This document shows positions 9,799 to 19,837 of a stretch of DNA of 64,000 bases, piece by piece. The first letter of the stretch is position 1, and every line of letters starts with the position of its first letter. A program made the translations under genes and the position numbers. The notes beneath the pieces are model-generated. The model worked only from the letters and a program-made list of their open reading frames with translations. It was not told where the DNA came from and searched no databases. The DNA comes from Myxococcales bacterium (GTDB lineage Bacteria > Myxococcota_A > Polyangia > Polyangiales > Polyangiaceae): assembly GCA_043747615.1 (NCBI GenBank), contig JAYTOU010000038.1:61992-125991 (forward strand), written 5' to 3'.

Positions 9799-11619
9799 TT
9801 ACAGACCAGCGATGACGTGCTCCACGAGGATCATCGCGCGCTGTGCGGGCACCGTGATCCGCAGAGCACCGGCAGGATCGACCGTGTAGCTCGCCATCAT
9901 CGGATCGAGGACGTCCACCAGGGTGGTCCCTGGTTTCGCCCCCACCTTCATGACGTCGGCGCCGCTCGCTGTGTCGCTCGATTTGCGGCCATTCGTATTG
10001 AGGACAACGAGAGCGTACTCGGCACCCGCATCTCCGCCCGTCCGCTCGAAGGCGAAGACGCCCGCGTCCTGCTCGCCCGCCACGTGTGACGACGACCACC
10101 GCACCACCGTGTCGCCGCGGCGGAGCGCGACGTAGCCGCCTCGCAGGCGGGAGAGCTTCTTGAAATGGCGAAACGTGTCGCCTGTCGTGCCGTAGCTCGT
10201 CGGCCACATCACCTCGCGGTTCGACGGATCGTTGCCCCCGGAGAACTCCTGCTCCGTCCCGTAGTAGAGGCAGGGAATTCCCTCCTCGGTCAGCATCAGG
10301 GTGAGCGCGTTGCGGAGCGCGGCGGTGTCCATCTGCGCATCGAAGAGGAAGCGCGACACGTCGTGGTTGTCGAGGAAGTTCACGAGCGCTTTCCGCGGCG
10401 CGACGCCGATCCCCATGTCCTGCGGATCGTTCGAATAGTTTTTGGTGCGAGACTCCCAGAGTGAGGTGATCTGCGCGGTTCCTTTTTGCTGCTTGGGATC
10501 GTGCGCGTTCTGAAAAATGTCGCGGAAGACCTGAAAATGCTGGGAAAAGTAGAAGACGGAGTCGAGCTCGCCCTTCTTGGTGAAGCTGCCGAGGAGCGTG
10601 TCGTTTCCGTCGAACGCCTCGCCGAACATCATGAAATTATTTTTGCCGTGGGCCGCCAGGCGCTTGCGGATGCCCGCCGTGAACACCTGCCAGAACTCAT
10701 GCTCCACGTGCTTCACCGTGTCGATGCGGAAGCCGTCGAGGTCGGTTAGCTCCACCCAGCGCGCGTAGGCGTCGACCATGGTGTCGCGCACCTCGGGGAT
10801 CTCGGTCGCCACGTCTTTCAAGCCGCCCGGAAAATCTCCCAGCAGGCGCTGCGCGTCGACGTTGTAATCCAGGATCCGACCGAAGCCGTGGTAGGCGCGC
10901 GCCGTCCCGAGTATTCCCGGCGCCGGCGGCACCCGCTGAATGGCTGGGTCCTGGATGAAAATGATCGGCGCACGCCCCGCGTTGCCGAGAGAGGTCGACG
11001 CCTGCACGCCGCGCGGATCCCAGTCGGGATCGAACTCCGACACCCGGGTGATGGGTGAGCTCGAGCCCGTCCCACCGATGTAGATGTCGGGGTGTCCGTT
11101 CAGATTCATGTCGTAGTAAAAGACCTGCCCCATGTGATTGGTGACGATGTCGAGCACGACTTTGAGGCCCAGATCATGGGCATTGGCGATCATCGAGCGA
11201 AGCGCCGCAAGATCTCCGAAGTGGGGATTGAGCTCGGTGAGATCTTGGGCCCAGTAGCCGTGGTACCCGTCGACGTCGGCGTCGGTCTCGACGTTGCGCA
11301 CGATGGGAGAGATCCACAGCGTCGTCACGCCGAGCGAGACGAAGTAGTCGAGGTGGTCCTCGATCCCCTTCCAGTCGCCGCCCTGGTAGCGGGCGAGGGC
11401 TCCGGCTTGAACGCGGGCGTCGTTGTTGATGTCGCCGTTGGCGAAGCGATCGACGAGCACTTGGTAGAGGACTTCGTCGCGCCAATCTTTGACGTGCGTT
11501 GCCAGGATCGGCTGCTGACCGTTCGCGGGAACCGAGACGCAGCCCACCTCCGGCGCGAAGGAGCACGCGAGGGCGAGGGCGATAGCTGTGACCGGGAATG
11601 TGCGCATCGCTTTTCTCAT
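9799..11619 (-). CDS. GH13 alpha-amylase family lipoprotein
   Basis: YHGYW, DGFRIDTVKH, FGEAF, FLDNHD (catalytic D/E/D present), lipobox-like N-terminus; ATG overlaps the porin stop codon. Confidence 0.93.
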   Translation of the reverse strand: MRKAMRTFPVTAIALALACSFAPEVGCVSVPANGQQPILATHVKDWRDEVLYQVLVDRFANGDINNDARVQAGALARYQGGDWKGIEDHLDYFVSLGVTTLWISPIVRNVETDADVDGYHGYWAQDLTELNPHFGDLAALRSMIANAHDLGLKVVLDIVTNHMGQVFYYDMNLNGHPDIYIGGTGSSSPITRVSEFDPDWDPRGVQASTSLGNAGRAPIIFIQDPAIQRVPPAPGILGTARAYHGFGRILDYNVDAQRLLGDFPGGLKDVATEIPEVRDTMVDAYARWVELTDLDGFRIDTVKHVEHEFWQVFTAGIRKRLAAHGKNNFMMFGEAFDGNDTLLGSFTKKGELDSVFYFSQHFQVFRDIFQNAHDPKQQKGTAQITSLWESRTKNYSNDPQDMGIGVAPRKALVNFLDNHDVSRFLFDAQMDTAALRNALTLMLTEEGIPCLYYGTEQEFSGGNDPSNREVMWPTSYGTTGDTFRHFKKLSRLRGGYVALRRGDTVVRWSSSHVAGEQDAGVFAFERTGGDAGAEYALVVLNTNGRKSSDTASGADVMKVGAKPGTTLVDVLDPMMASYTVDPAGALRITVPAQRAMILVEHVIAGL

Positions 11620-13064
11620 CACGGGTACGAGCTCGAATTGAACCACCACTCGGCGCCGAGGCCGATGAAGTGCTCGACGGTCCGCTGCGCGAACACGTCT
11701 TCAGTGGCGTAGAGAGAACGCGCACCGGCGTCGCGCGCGGTGATGGAGTAGATGATTCGGAGCTGTGGCCGCTTGAAGGAGCCCCTTCCTGCAGGGGAAA
11801 AATAGGGGATTATGCCGGCACGAAGCAGTGAGGCGGTGAGCGGCCCGCTGCCTGACGGATCGAGAATCGCGTAGCGCCTAGCCTGGAAGCTACCCTCGAG
11901 CGCGACGCCCCAGTGATCGCCGATGAACACCTGGGGCCGCACTACGACCGTTCCCTCGTCGTATTTCTGGGTAGACGTCGGCGAGGGATCGCCGTCGCGA
12001 AAAAAGCGGAGGTACGCGCCCACGAGAACTCCGACCATCTCCTTCTCGTAGTTCGCGCCGAGAGCGATGAGGGTCTCGCTCGACCCGCGGGTCGTGCGGT
12101 CGTTGGCGAAGGTGGTCGGCACCGTGAGCGGATCGTAGGCGGCAACTCCGCGCGCGTGGCGGAGAAAAAGGTTCACGTGGTTGTCGCGCTCGCCCGTCCA
12201 GAATCCGAGCTGTGTGCCGACGAGAAATCCGCTGTCACTCGGGAGTGGCTTGTCGACGTTGTTCACGGTGTCGCGAGCGGTACCCGCGGCGAGCTCGTGC
12301 GCTTCGCCGTAGAGCGAGAGCTTGAAGCCCATTTTTTCGCCGCGGAAATTGCGGAAGCGGTGGGTAGCCTTGATGGTCTCGACGATCCGCGGACGATCGA
12401 GCACGGTCACGTTCGTGGCGCCGAAGCCGAACGGCGCGACCACCGGGATTTGTTGGTACTGGTAAAGATTGTCGAGCCGCTGCATGCCGACATGCGCGGC
12501 GATCGTGGTGTCCCCATCCGGGAATTTGTAGGCGATTCCGCCGCCGACGGTGTTCTGGTTGTCGAGCGGCCACCAGTCGAGGAGATAGATGTCGTCGCCG
12601 CGGTACATGCGTGCGCCGACCCACATCGTGTAGGCGCCGTACGTCCCCTGAGCGAAGAGATTGCGCACCGCGATCTGCTGCATCGGGTTGCCGGAGAAGT
12701 GGAAGAAAGGCGGAAAGAGCGCGAGCGTGGCGACGACCTTGCTCTTGATCTCGGGCGCGTCCGGACCGCCGAGCTGGTAGGTGTCCTCGCGCCGAAGCTC
12801 GAGCTCCGCGTAGCTCTCTTCGTCGATGCGCGACCCGTGAGCGATGACGTTTGCCTGCCGCCCTGTGCCGCCGCGCCCATCCATGGCCACGCGTACGCGT
12901 CCGTAGGAACCGAACTCGAAGTGACCCGCCTTGGGATCGGGGACCGGAGCTTGCGGAGTAGCGGGCGCCGCCGCAGGAGGAAGAGCAGGGTCGACATCGC
13001 CGCGCGCGATCGACGGAAGAACAATGCCAAGCGCGATCGTGACTACGAGTAGAGAGCGAGGCAT
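11619..13064 (-). CDS. Carbohydrate porin (maltoporin/LamB-like outer-membrane beta-barrel)
   Basis: Signal peptide, FEFGSYGR, YAELEL, VRNLFAQ, WVGARMYRGDDIYLLDWW and terminal GLGAEWWF, similar to the LamB C-terminus; sits among GH13 genes. Confidence 0.82.
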   Translation of the reverse strand: MPRSLLVVTIALGIVLPSIARGDVDPALPPAAAPATPQAPVPDPKAGHFEFGSYGRVRVAMDGRGGTGRQANVIAHGSRIDEESYAELELRREDTYQLGGPDAPEIKSKVVATLALFPPFFHFSGNPMQQIAVRNLFAQGTYGAYTMWVGARMYRGDDIYLLDWWPLDNQNTVGGGIAYKFPDGDTTIAAHVGMQRLDNLYQYQQIPVVAPFGFGATNVTVLDRPRIVETIKATHRFRNFRGEKMGFKLSLYGEAHELAAGTARDTVNNVDKPLPSDSGFLVGTQLGFWTGERDNHVNLFLRHARGVAAYDPLTVPTTFANDRTTRGSSETLIALGANYEKEMVGVLVGAYLRFFRDGDPSPTSTQKYDEGTVVVRPQVFIGDHWGVALEGSFQARRYAILDPSGSGPLTASLLRAGIIPYFSPAGRGSFKRPQLRIIYSITARDAGARSLYATEDVFAQRTVEHFIGLGAEWWFNSSSYP

Positions 13065-13070
13065 TCGTTC

Positions 13071-15362
13071 CTAAGGGGCGAGGATCGCAGAAGAGCGCGC
13101 GCCGAGCGTGAGGGTCACCGCGCCACTCGACACAGTCACATCGGGACCGCCGAGCCTATCGTGGAGGACGGCTCCATTCGAGAGCGGAATCGTGAGGGGG
13201 AGCGTGGCCGCGTACGTTTGCGGCGTTGCCAAACGGTTGATCGCCACGAGCGCCACGTCGCCCGCCGCTGTCTGCCGAGCGAAGACCAAGAAATCTTCGG
13301 TCGTCGAAACGGGCCGGTAGTCCCCGCGCCGAAGGGCCACGAGCTCTTTTCGCGCGGCCCCGAGCTTGCGCGTCCAGGTGAGCGTCGCCGCTTCGTCCGC
13401 GCTGAGGGTCATGTCGCCGCGCCACATCACGCGGTTGTTCGGATCGGCGCCGCCCCACTCTCCGTACTCATCGCCGTAGTAGACGAGCGGCGCGCCCGGA
13501 AGACCCATCAGCCACGACATGGCCAGACGATGCCGCGCGTACGGCTCCGAATCCGGCGGAGCCGCGGCGATGTTGCTCCATTTATTTCCGGGGACGGACG
13601 CAGCGTGCGCGGCGTCCTGACCGCGGTAGCTGGCGATCGTCACCGAGCGCGGAGTGTCGTGGCTACCGATGTACGGCGTCATGATCGAACCGGCCGGATA
13701 TTCCCACCCGCTCGCCTGCGCCCAGTAATCGGCGTGAACGAGGCCCTTCGTGGAGTTGGTGTCGAACACCAGGTAAGGCACGGCGGCGTAGAGGACGAAG
13801 TCGAACTGCCCGTCGAGCCCGTTCGGACCGATGTAGCGGCTGATCGTGTCGTACTGAGACTGGTTGCAGGCGAGACCGCAGTCGCTCCAGCCCATTGCCG
13901 TCTCACCCGTGAGAAAGACCTTCGTGCCCGCGGCCTCGAACTCGTCGCGGATGCGTGCGGACAGGTTGATCGTAGCCACGTCTTCCACGTGCTTCACGGC
14001 GTCCATGCGGAGCCCGTCGAGATCGAAGTTGTCGATCCAGTAGACGGCGTCGTCACTGTACTGCTCGTTCACCGCGGGAACCGTCCAGTTCACGTCCGGG
14101 AGGTAGTCGGCGAAGAGGCAATCCAGGCGATGCGCCGTCCAGTCGCAGTTGGTCGTCCCGCACAAGCATCCGGTGCGAAACCAATCCGGGTGCGCCGCGA
14201 AGTACTCGTGCTCCTTGTGGACGTGGTTCACGACGAAATCCTGGAGGACGCGGATTCCGTGAGCGTGCGCTTCCTTCACCAATTTTTTCAACGCTGCCTC
14301 GCCTCCGAGACGCGCTTCCACTTCGCGAGCTTTGGTGGGCCAGTAGCCGTGGTAGCCCGTGACCGAGTGGACGCCGTCGTCAGCCGCGAACGCACCTTGG
14401 GGATTCGTCTGGAAAGGCGTGAGCCAGATGGCCCGGACGCCGAGCTGATCGAGCGCCCCGCTGGCGATGACCGAGCGCACGCCGTCGAAGTCGCCGCCCT
14501 GAAAGCTCGCCCTCGAGTCGACGCCACTGATCGCGGGCGCATTGTTCGTGGGATCGCCGTCTTTCATGCGATCGGTCATCGCCATGTAGATGACAGCGTC
14601 GCGCCAATCGAAGGCCGCGTCTTCCACCCAGAAGACGAGCCGAAGGGGCTTGGCAGCTTTGCCGCGCTTGTCGGTCGCGAAAACGACGAGGCTGTACTTC
14701 CCGTCGGCGAGCGCGGGCGCATCGATGGACAGGCGGGCCCCGTCGAGCTTGACCGTCACGGGTGAGAGGACTTCGTCTTTTCGAAGCGTCGCCCTTACCG
14801 AGGCCGTGTCGATTCCCGTACGATCCGCGGCGTCGACGTAGTGCACGTTTGCCGTGAAGCGACCCTGCCCACTCGCAGCGCGGGTGAGCGACTTGTCGCT
14901 GAGGGAGAGGACGGGAACATGACAATCCGGAACGCGCACCGCGGAGTTCTCGACGCTCCCTACGTACTTGCGGAGGCGCGCCCCGGGGTCGAGCTCGTAC
15001 GCGCCGCCGAGGAGAAGCTTGTATCCTGCAAGTCCCGGCGGGAGCTCGATTCCCACGGTGAACGAGCCGTCGGACGCTGGCCCGGTCATGGCCACGCCGG
15101 GCTTGGCGAAGGCGTTCCACTCGCCCGTGACCTCGGCGCTGCGGACGATTCGCCCAGCAGGGGGCGCGTAGCGGAACGTCGTCGTGCACGTTACGGCGCT
15201 GATTTCGCCGGGGCCTCCGTCGGTGCGCGCAGAGCCACTTTCGCCGCCCTCGAAGCCTGCGTCCTCCAAGCCGACGTGCGGAGGCGTGGTGCCGTTGGAC
15301 GAATCGGCATTACACGCGGCAAAGGAGAGCGCGGCGACAGCAAAGAGAAGAAGGCGCTTCAC
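13071..15362 (-). CDS. GH13 lipoprotein with N-terminal CBM48-like and Ig-like domains
   Basis: Lipobox SFAAC, VTGEWNAF...YKLLLGG (CBM48-like), DGLRMDAVKH, TGETA, IGSHD; GTG start overlaps the upstream TGA. Confidence 0.92.
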   Translation of the reverse strand: MKRLLLFAVAALSFAACNADSSNGTTPPHVGLEDAGFEGGESGSARTDGGPGEISAVTCTTTFRYAPPAGRIVRSAEVTGEWNAFAKPGVAMTGPASDGSFTVGIELPPGLAGYKLLLGGAYELDPGARLRKYVGSVENSAVRVPDCHVPVLSLSDKSLTRAASGQGRFTANVHYVDAADRTGIDTASVRATLRKDEVLSPVTVKLDGARLSIDAPALADGKYSLVVFATDKRGKAAKPLRLVFWVEDAAFDWRDAVIYMAMTDRMKDGDPTNNAPAISGVDSRASFQGGDFDGVRSVIASGALDQLGVRAIWLTPFQTNPQGAFAADDGVHSVTGYHGYWPTKAREVEARLGGEAALKKLVKEAHAHGIRVLQDFVVNHVHKEHEYFAAHPDWFRTGCLCGTTNCDWTAHRLDCLFADYLPDVNWTVPAVNEQYSDDAVYWIDNFDLDGLRMDAVKHVEDVATINLSARIRDEFEAAGTKVFLTGETAMGWSDCGLACNQSQYDTISRYIGPNGLDGQFDFVLYAAVPYLVFDTNSTKGLVHADYWAQASGWEYPAGSIMTPYIGSHDTPRSVTIASYRGQDAAHAASVPGNKWSNIAAAPPDSEPYARHRLAMSWLMGLPGAPLVYYGDEYGEWGGADPNNRVMWRGDMTLSADEAATLTWTRKLGAARKELVALRRGDYRPVSTTEDFLVFARQTAAGDVALVAINRLATPQTYAATLPLTIPLSNGAVLHDRLGGPDVTVSSGAVTLTLGARSSAILAP

Positions 15363-17635
15363 GAGACTCTCTTTCGCTTGCGAAGAAGAAGACCGAGCCC
15401 ACCGAGAAGAGAGACAAGCGCGCCGGCTTCGTTCGTCTTTGCGCCTGCAGAGACGCAGCCGCAGCCGCCAGGCGAAGTCGCGTCGCCGTTCACTGGAGAG
15501 CCCGCATCCGTCGGGTTCACGCGCGGTCCTCCTTCGGGATTGGCGGCTGCGTCGCTGCCCGCGTCGTCGCTCGACGCGCCAGGCTCGGATGCAAAGGCGT
15601 CGCACGTGGGGGTGACCGGGACTCCACGCTCGCTGAGGGCGAGCACGTACGCGCCGGCGCCGAAGCCCACCATCGGAGACTCGCCGGCATAGTCGGCCGT
15701 GGTGCGATCGTGAAGCTCGGAGAGCTCGAGGAAATTCTCGGTAGCCTGATCGACGTTCCACGCAAACGTGCTCGCCGCTCCCACCGAATCACCGGCGAGC
15801 GCGCGCGGACGCGATGAACGCAGGTCGACGAAGATCCATTCTTGCGAGTCGTACCAAGCGCCGAGGTCATTGCGCATGAAGCCGCGACCGCTGGGGGGCG
15901 TCAGACCGCGGACGAGAGACGCGATGGTGGCCTTTGCAGTGCGCCTCGTGGGATCGATGAGCCCGAAGTTGATGGCCTCGAGCGCGCCCGCATCGAGCCA
16001 ACCGACACCTGCGGCGAGACCCTCGGTGCTCTGGGCGATCGTTCCGTCGGGCGCACGGAGGCTAGCCAGGATCGCATCGCGCGCGCTCGCTCCGGCGGTG
16101 CGGTACGCGGTGGCTGAAGCCGCGTCGCTGGCCTTCGTGGCCAAGCGCGCGGCGGAGCACAGACCATGGGCGGCGGTGATCGTGGAGTAGGCGAAGTGGC
16201 GCTGCTTTCCGTTCCAGTGCACTTCCCAAATGGACGAATCGGCAGCAATCAGACCGCTCGGTTCCTGCAAGTGAACGAGCACGTCGGCCACGTTGGATTT
16301 GACGACGGGCCACCACGACGCGAGGGACACGGTGTCGTTCGAGGCGCGCACGTATTCATCGAGAGCCCACAAAAATAGGCCAAATCCGTCGAACTCGACG
16401 TTGGGGCCGTCGGCGTTCGAGTCGGACTCTTCGGTGCCGTTGCCGAAGTAGCGCACCACCGAGATCTGGTACGGAGATTTGACGTAGGTCGCATAGGCCC
16501 CGACCGTGGCGCCCATCTGAAAGGAGAGAGCGTTCTTCGCTTCCGCATAGTGACCACTGCGAACGAGCGCGACGGTGGCATACGCCATGTCTCTCACCCA
16601 GGAGATGTTCCATTTTCCCGGCGCGAGGCTGGCCAGGATCTGCCCCGAAGATTTTCCGGGCTCGGTGACGGCAGCCATCCGAATGTTGGCTTGCGACTGG
16701 AGGTAGAGCGCCGCCTCGCGCGGAGTCGATCCCGCGGGTGGAGCGCCGAGCCACGCCGCCCACGCCGTTTTCTCGTCGGCGAGGATCGCGTCCGCCGTAC
16801 GGCCTGCGATCCAGGTGCGCACCCGGGTGATCGCCGCGAGCGCATCGGCGTCCGCCGCGAGGACGGTGAACCAGCCCGCTGTCGCCGTGCTTCCGACCGC
16901 ACCATTTCCGAGCGACGTTTGAAGGCCGCCGACCGCGTCACTCAGTGCGCCCCCGGTGCCCGCGTTGTTCGCAAGGTTTGCCCCGGCGTTGAGCGAGTCG
17001 TATGGATTTTGCGGGCTTGCGCCGTGAAACGAGGAAGCGCCGATGCTCCCGTAACCCATGGCGACGCCGCTCGGACCGTACTCGTAGAGCGCATCGGCCG
17101 CGGCGTTGTAGGCGATGTTCTCTCCGTCGCTTCCGGGCGCGGGCGAGCCGGAGCCGAGGTGGTAGTTGAAGAGCGAGTACGCGTCGATCGCCCCGGTGCC
17201 GCTCGCGCGCGTGACTTTGACGATCATCACGCTTGCGTTTTCCGTGAGCCCCATAGGCGCAAAATCGTATTCGTCGACGGTGAAGCCAGACACGCTTCGC
17301 ACCACGTGGATGATCCCGGTGCCCGGGATCATTTCGATCGACGTCGGCGTCACGGTGGAGAGCCACGTTCCCGCCCCGCCCACGCGGATACCCGGATAGG
17401 CATCGAACGCGAAGTTCCGCGACTCGCTTCCCGCGCTGGGAAAGCGGTACGGGTGCTCTAGAAATTGATTCACCCGGTTGGTCGTCGCATCGAAGGCGAT
17501 CGACGCTCTGCCGTTCGACGAAGAAAGGTGATGCTCGGTGCGGTGAGGGACGACGGCGCCCGCTTCCCCGGCGATGCCCAGGACTGCGCACAAGGCTCCC
17601 AATCCTGCCGTGCCGGAAAGCGTTCTCATCGGCAT
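15359..17635 (-). CDS. Secreted GH15 glucoamylase-like protein with MYXO-CTERM anchor
   Basis: Signal peptide; SWVRD, SIWEV and LSE motifs; C-terminal GGCGC, hydrophobic helix, then RKRKR. Confidence 0.82.
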   Translation of the reverse strand: MPMRTLSGTAGLGALCAVLGIAGEAGAVVPHRTEHHLSSSNGRASIAFDATTNRVNQFLEHPYRFPSAGSESRNFAFDAYPGIRVGGAGTWLSTVTPTSIEMIPGTGIIHVVRSVSGFTVDEYDFAPMGLTENASVMIVKVTRASGTGAIDAYSLFNYHLGSGSPAPGSDGENIAYNAAADALYEYGPSGVAMGYGSIGASSFHGASPQNPYDSLNAGANLANNAGTGGALSDAVGGLQTSLGNGAVGSTATAGWFTVLAADADALAAITRVRTWIAGRTADAILADEKTAWAAWLGAPPAGSTPREAALYLQSQANIRMAAVTEPGKSSGQILASLAPGKWNISWVRDMAYATVALVRSGHYAEAKNALSFQMGATVGAYATYVKSPYQISVVRYFGNGTEESDSNADGPNVEFDGFGLFLWALDEYVRASNDTVSLASWWPVVKSNVADVLVHLQEPSGLIAADSSIWEVHWNGKQRHFAYSTITAAHGLCSAARLATKASDAASATAYRTAGASARDAILASLRAPDGTIAQSTEGLAAGVGWLDAGALEAINFGLIDPTRRTAKATIASLVRGLTPPSGRGFMRNDLGAWYDSQEWIFVDLRSSRPRALAGDSVGAASTFAWNVDQATENFLELSELHDRTTADYAGESPMVGFGAGAYVLALSERGVPVTPTCDAFASEPGASSDDAGSDAAANPEGGPRVNPTDAGSPVNGDATSPGGCGCVSAGAKTNEAGALVSLLGGLGLLLRKRKRVS

Positions 17636-17791
17636 GCGCGCTCCTGTCGGTTAGCACGTGTCCATCCGGGTGCCATCAGAAAGTAACTCAGACCTGCGTT
17701 ACGCTTCGGGGTCACCGTTTCGTGCGAAAAAACGCCTTCACAGGCGCATCGCTCCAGATGGACGCAACCGGCGTCGAGCTCCTCGATTGAG

Positions 17792-19816
17792 CTAGTTCAC
17801 GACGAAGATGCGCGTCTGACGCGGCGGGATCATCGCGTTCGGACCGGAGGCGACGGTGCCCGTCAATAGCTCGGTCATTGGCACCGCGGGGAGCATGGAG
17901 ACGGACTGCGCGGTGTCGCCACGGTTGATCGCGACGTAGACGACGTCTCCGGTGGTGGTCATGGAGTAGACCCACAAATCGGGCGTCGCGGTGAGTGTGG
18001 AGCGGTGGCCTCGGCGGAGCGCGGGATGCGCCGCGCGGATGGTGGTCAGCGCCTTGATGCGATCATGGAGGTAGGTCTGATCAGTGGTGAGGCCCGTCCA
18101 CTGCATCTTCCGGCGGTTGTCCGGATCGCCCGCGCCCGGGAGGCCGATCTCGTCGCCGTAGTAGACGAGCGGAGCCCCCTTGTTGGTGAGGAGCAGCGCG
18201 AACGCGTTTCCAACGCGCTCGAACGGTGAACGAGAGCTCGGGAGCTGCGGCTGATTCGACCAGGAGAGATTCTTCCCGTCGTCCCCCTGCCCGCTCCACA
18301 AGGCCGGATCTTGCGCCAGGTGGATGATGCGCGGCAGATCGTGGTTGCCGATGAACGTGCTCATGACGGCGGTGGAGCCGTAGAAGCTCTCGTTCGTGTC
18401 CATGTACGCCGCGAGATCGTTCATCCCCGTGTACTGGCGCATGATCACCGCTTCGGTGACCCTCTTGCGCAGGGGGAAATCGAACTGCCCATCGAGCTTC
18501 GCAGAGGGATCCACGAACGACTTGATGAAATCGCGGTTCTCGAAATCGTAGGTCTCGCCCACCATGTAGAAGCGCTGGGGAATGGTCTGACCGGCGATGA
18601 CTTGCGTGCCGATCGCGCTACGGAGCTGGGTGAGCCAGCTCGTGTCCACGTGCTTGATGGCGTCGAGACGGAAGCCGTCGATTCCGGTGTTCTTCACCCA
18701 GTCGACGGCATTCTGCACCATGAAATCGCGGGCTGCGCCGTTGGTGTAGTTCCAGTGCGGGAGGTAGTCGGTGAACCAGCAGCGCTGGTATTGCGTGTCC
18801 CAGCTGCAGTTCTGCCCGCAGATGCAGTCGCCGCCGTTGAACGAGTTCGGCCAGAACCAATCGTTGTGCGCGGCGTAGAGCGCGCTCGAGATGTGCACGT
18901 GCACCATCGCGTAATCGAAGAGCACCTTGAGGTTCTTGGCGTGCGCGGCAATGACGAGATCCTTCAGCTCCTGCATAGTGCCGAAGCACCCTTCGGGCTG
19001 CGCGGGATCCTTCGGCCAGTAGCCGTGGTAAGCCGAATAGTTGTGGGTGTCGCCGCCGGTGCCGTGGCCAGCCACGTTGTCGGCGTTCTGCACGGGCACC
19101 GTGATCCACAGGGTGTTCACGCCGAGATCGGTGAAGTACCCGGCGTTGATCTTCTGGGTGACGCCGAGCCAGTCGCCGCCTTTGTAGTCACCGGGGCCGT
19201 CGGTTCCAGCGACGCTGCAGTTGTTGCCGGGGTTCCCGTCGAAGAACCGATCGACGAAGACGAAGTACATGACGGAGTCGCGCCAGTCGTAGACGCCCGG
19301 CGGCGGAACGGGCGGCTCGGCGCACGTAAAGTCGGTGCACGAGACGGGGACCGATAGGCTGTTCGTGTTCCCGCTTCCGTCCGAGTAGACGGCGGTGTTG
19401 ACCGGATCGAGCGTCCAGGTGGTGTTGTTCACGAAGAACTTGTATTGTACAGGCTTCTGGAACGGGACCGCGACCGACACCGTCCACTTGGCCCCCGAGT
19501 GGGTCATCGGGTCGCCCTTCTGCCAGGCGCCATCGCGGTAGTCGCCGCGGAGCTCGACGCTCGTCTCGCCGCCGAAGGGAAAGGTGAACGTCGATGCGCA
19601 GCGCTTCAGGTCGTCCGGACAGATGAAAGCGCCCGCGTCGCTGCCGCCGTTTCCCGAGCCGTAGCCGTCTCCGTTGCCGCCGTTTCCCGGGTTGAACGCC
19701 GACGCGTCGGGGGGGCTCCCGAAGTCTTTGTTCTTCGTGTCACTGCTTCCGCATGCGGCGAAGGCCGTTGCGGCGGCGAAAAAAGCGGTGGTGGCCAGGA
19801 TGCGGGCGGTGGTCAT
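17792..19816 (-). CDS. GH13 lipoprotein with CBM48-like domain
   Basis: Lipobox AFAAC, VELRGDY...QYKFFVN, DGFRLDAIKH, VGETY, IGNHD. Confidence 0.93.
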   Translation of the reverse strand: MTTARILATTAFFAAATAFAACGSSDTKNKDFGSPPDASAFNPGNGGNGDGYGSGNGGSDAGAFICPDDLKRCASTFTFPFGGETSVELRGDYRDGAWQKGDPMTHSGAKWTVSVAVPFQKPVQYKFFVNNTTWTLDPVNTAVYSDGSGNTNSLSVPVSCTDFTCAEPPVPPPGVYDWRDSVMYFVFVDRFFDGNPGNNCSVAGTDGPGDYKGGDWLGVTQKINAGYFTDLGVNTLWITVPVQNADNVAGHGTGGDTHNYSAYHGYWPKDPAQPEGCFGTMQELKDLVIAAHAKNLKVLFDYAMVHVHISSALYAAHNDWFWPNSFNGGDCICGQNCSWDTQYQRCWFTDYLPHWNYTNGAARDFMVQNAVDWVKNTGIDGFRLDAIKHVDTSWLTQLRSAIGTQVIAGQTIPQRFYMVGETYDFENRDFIKSFVDPSAKLDGQFDFPLRKRVTEAVIMRQYTGMNDLAAYMDTNESFYGSTAVMSTFIGNHDLPRIIHLAQDPALWSGQGDDGKNLSWSNQPQLPSSRSPFERVGNAFALLLTNKGAPLVYYGDEIGLPGAGDPDNRRKMQWTGLTTDQTYLHDRIKALTTIRAAHPALRRGHRSTLTATPDLWVYSMTTTGDVVYVAINRGDTAQSVSMLPAVPMTELLTGTVASGPNAMIPPRQTRIFVVN

Positions 19817-19837
19817 CGGAGGTCGTCCTGAGCGAAA

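Noticed and set aside
17636..17791. Sigma54 promoter or riboswitch upstream of the GH15-like gene
   Set aside because: TGGCAC is present on the minus strand but the -12 position reads GA, not GC, and I see no recognisable aptamer or terminator.
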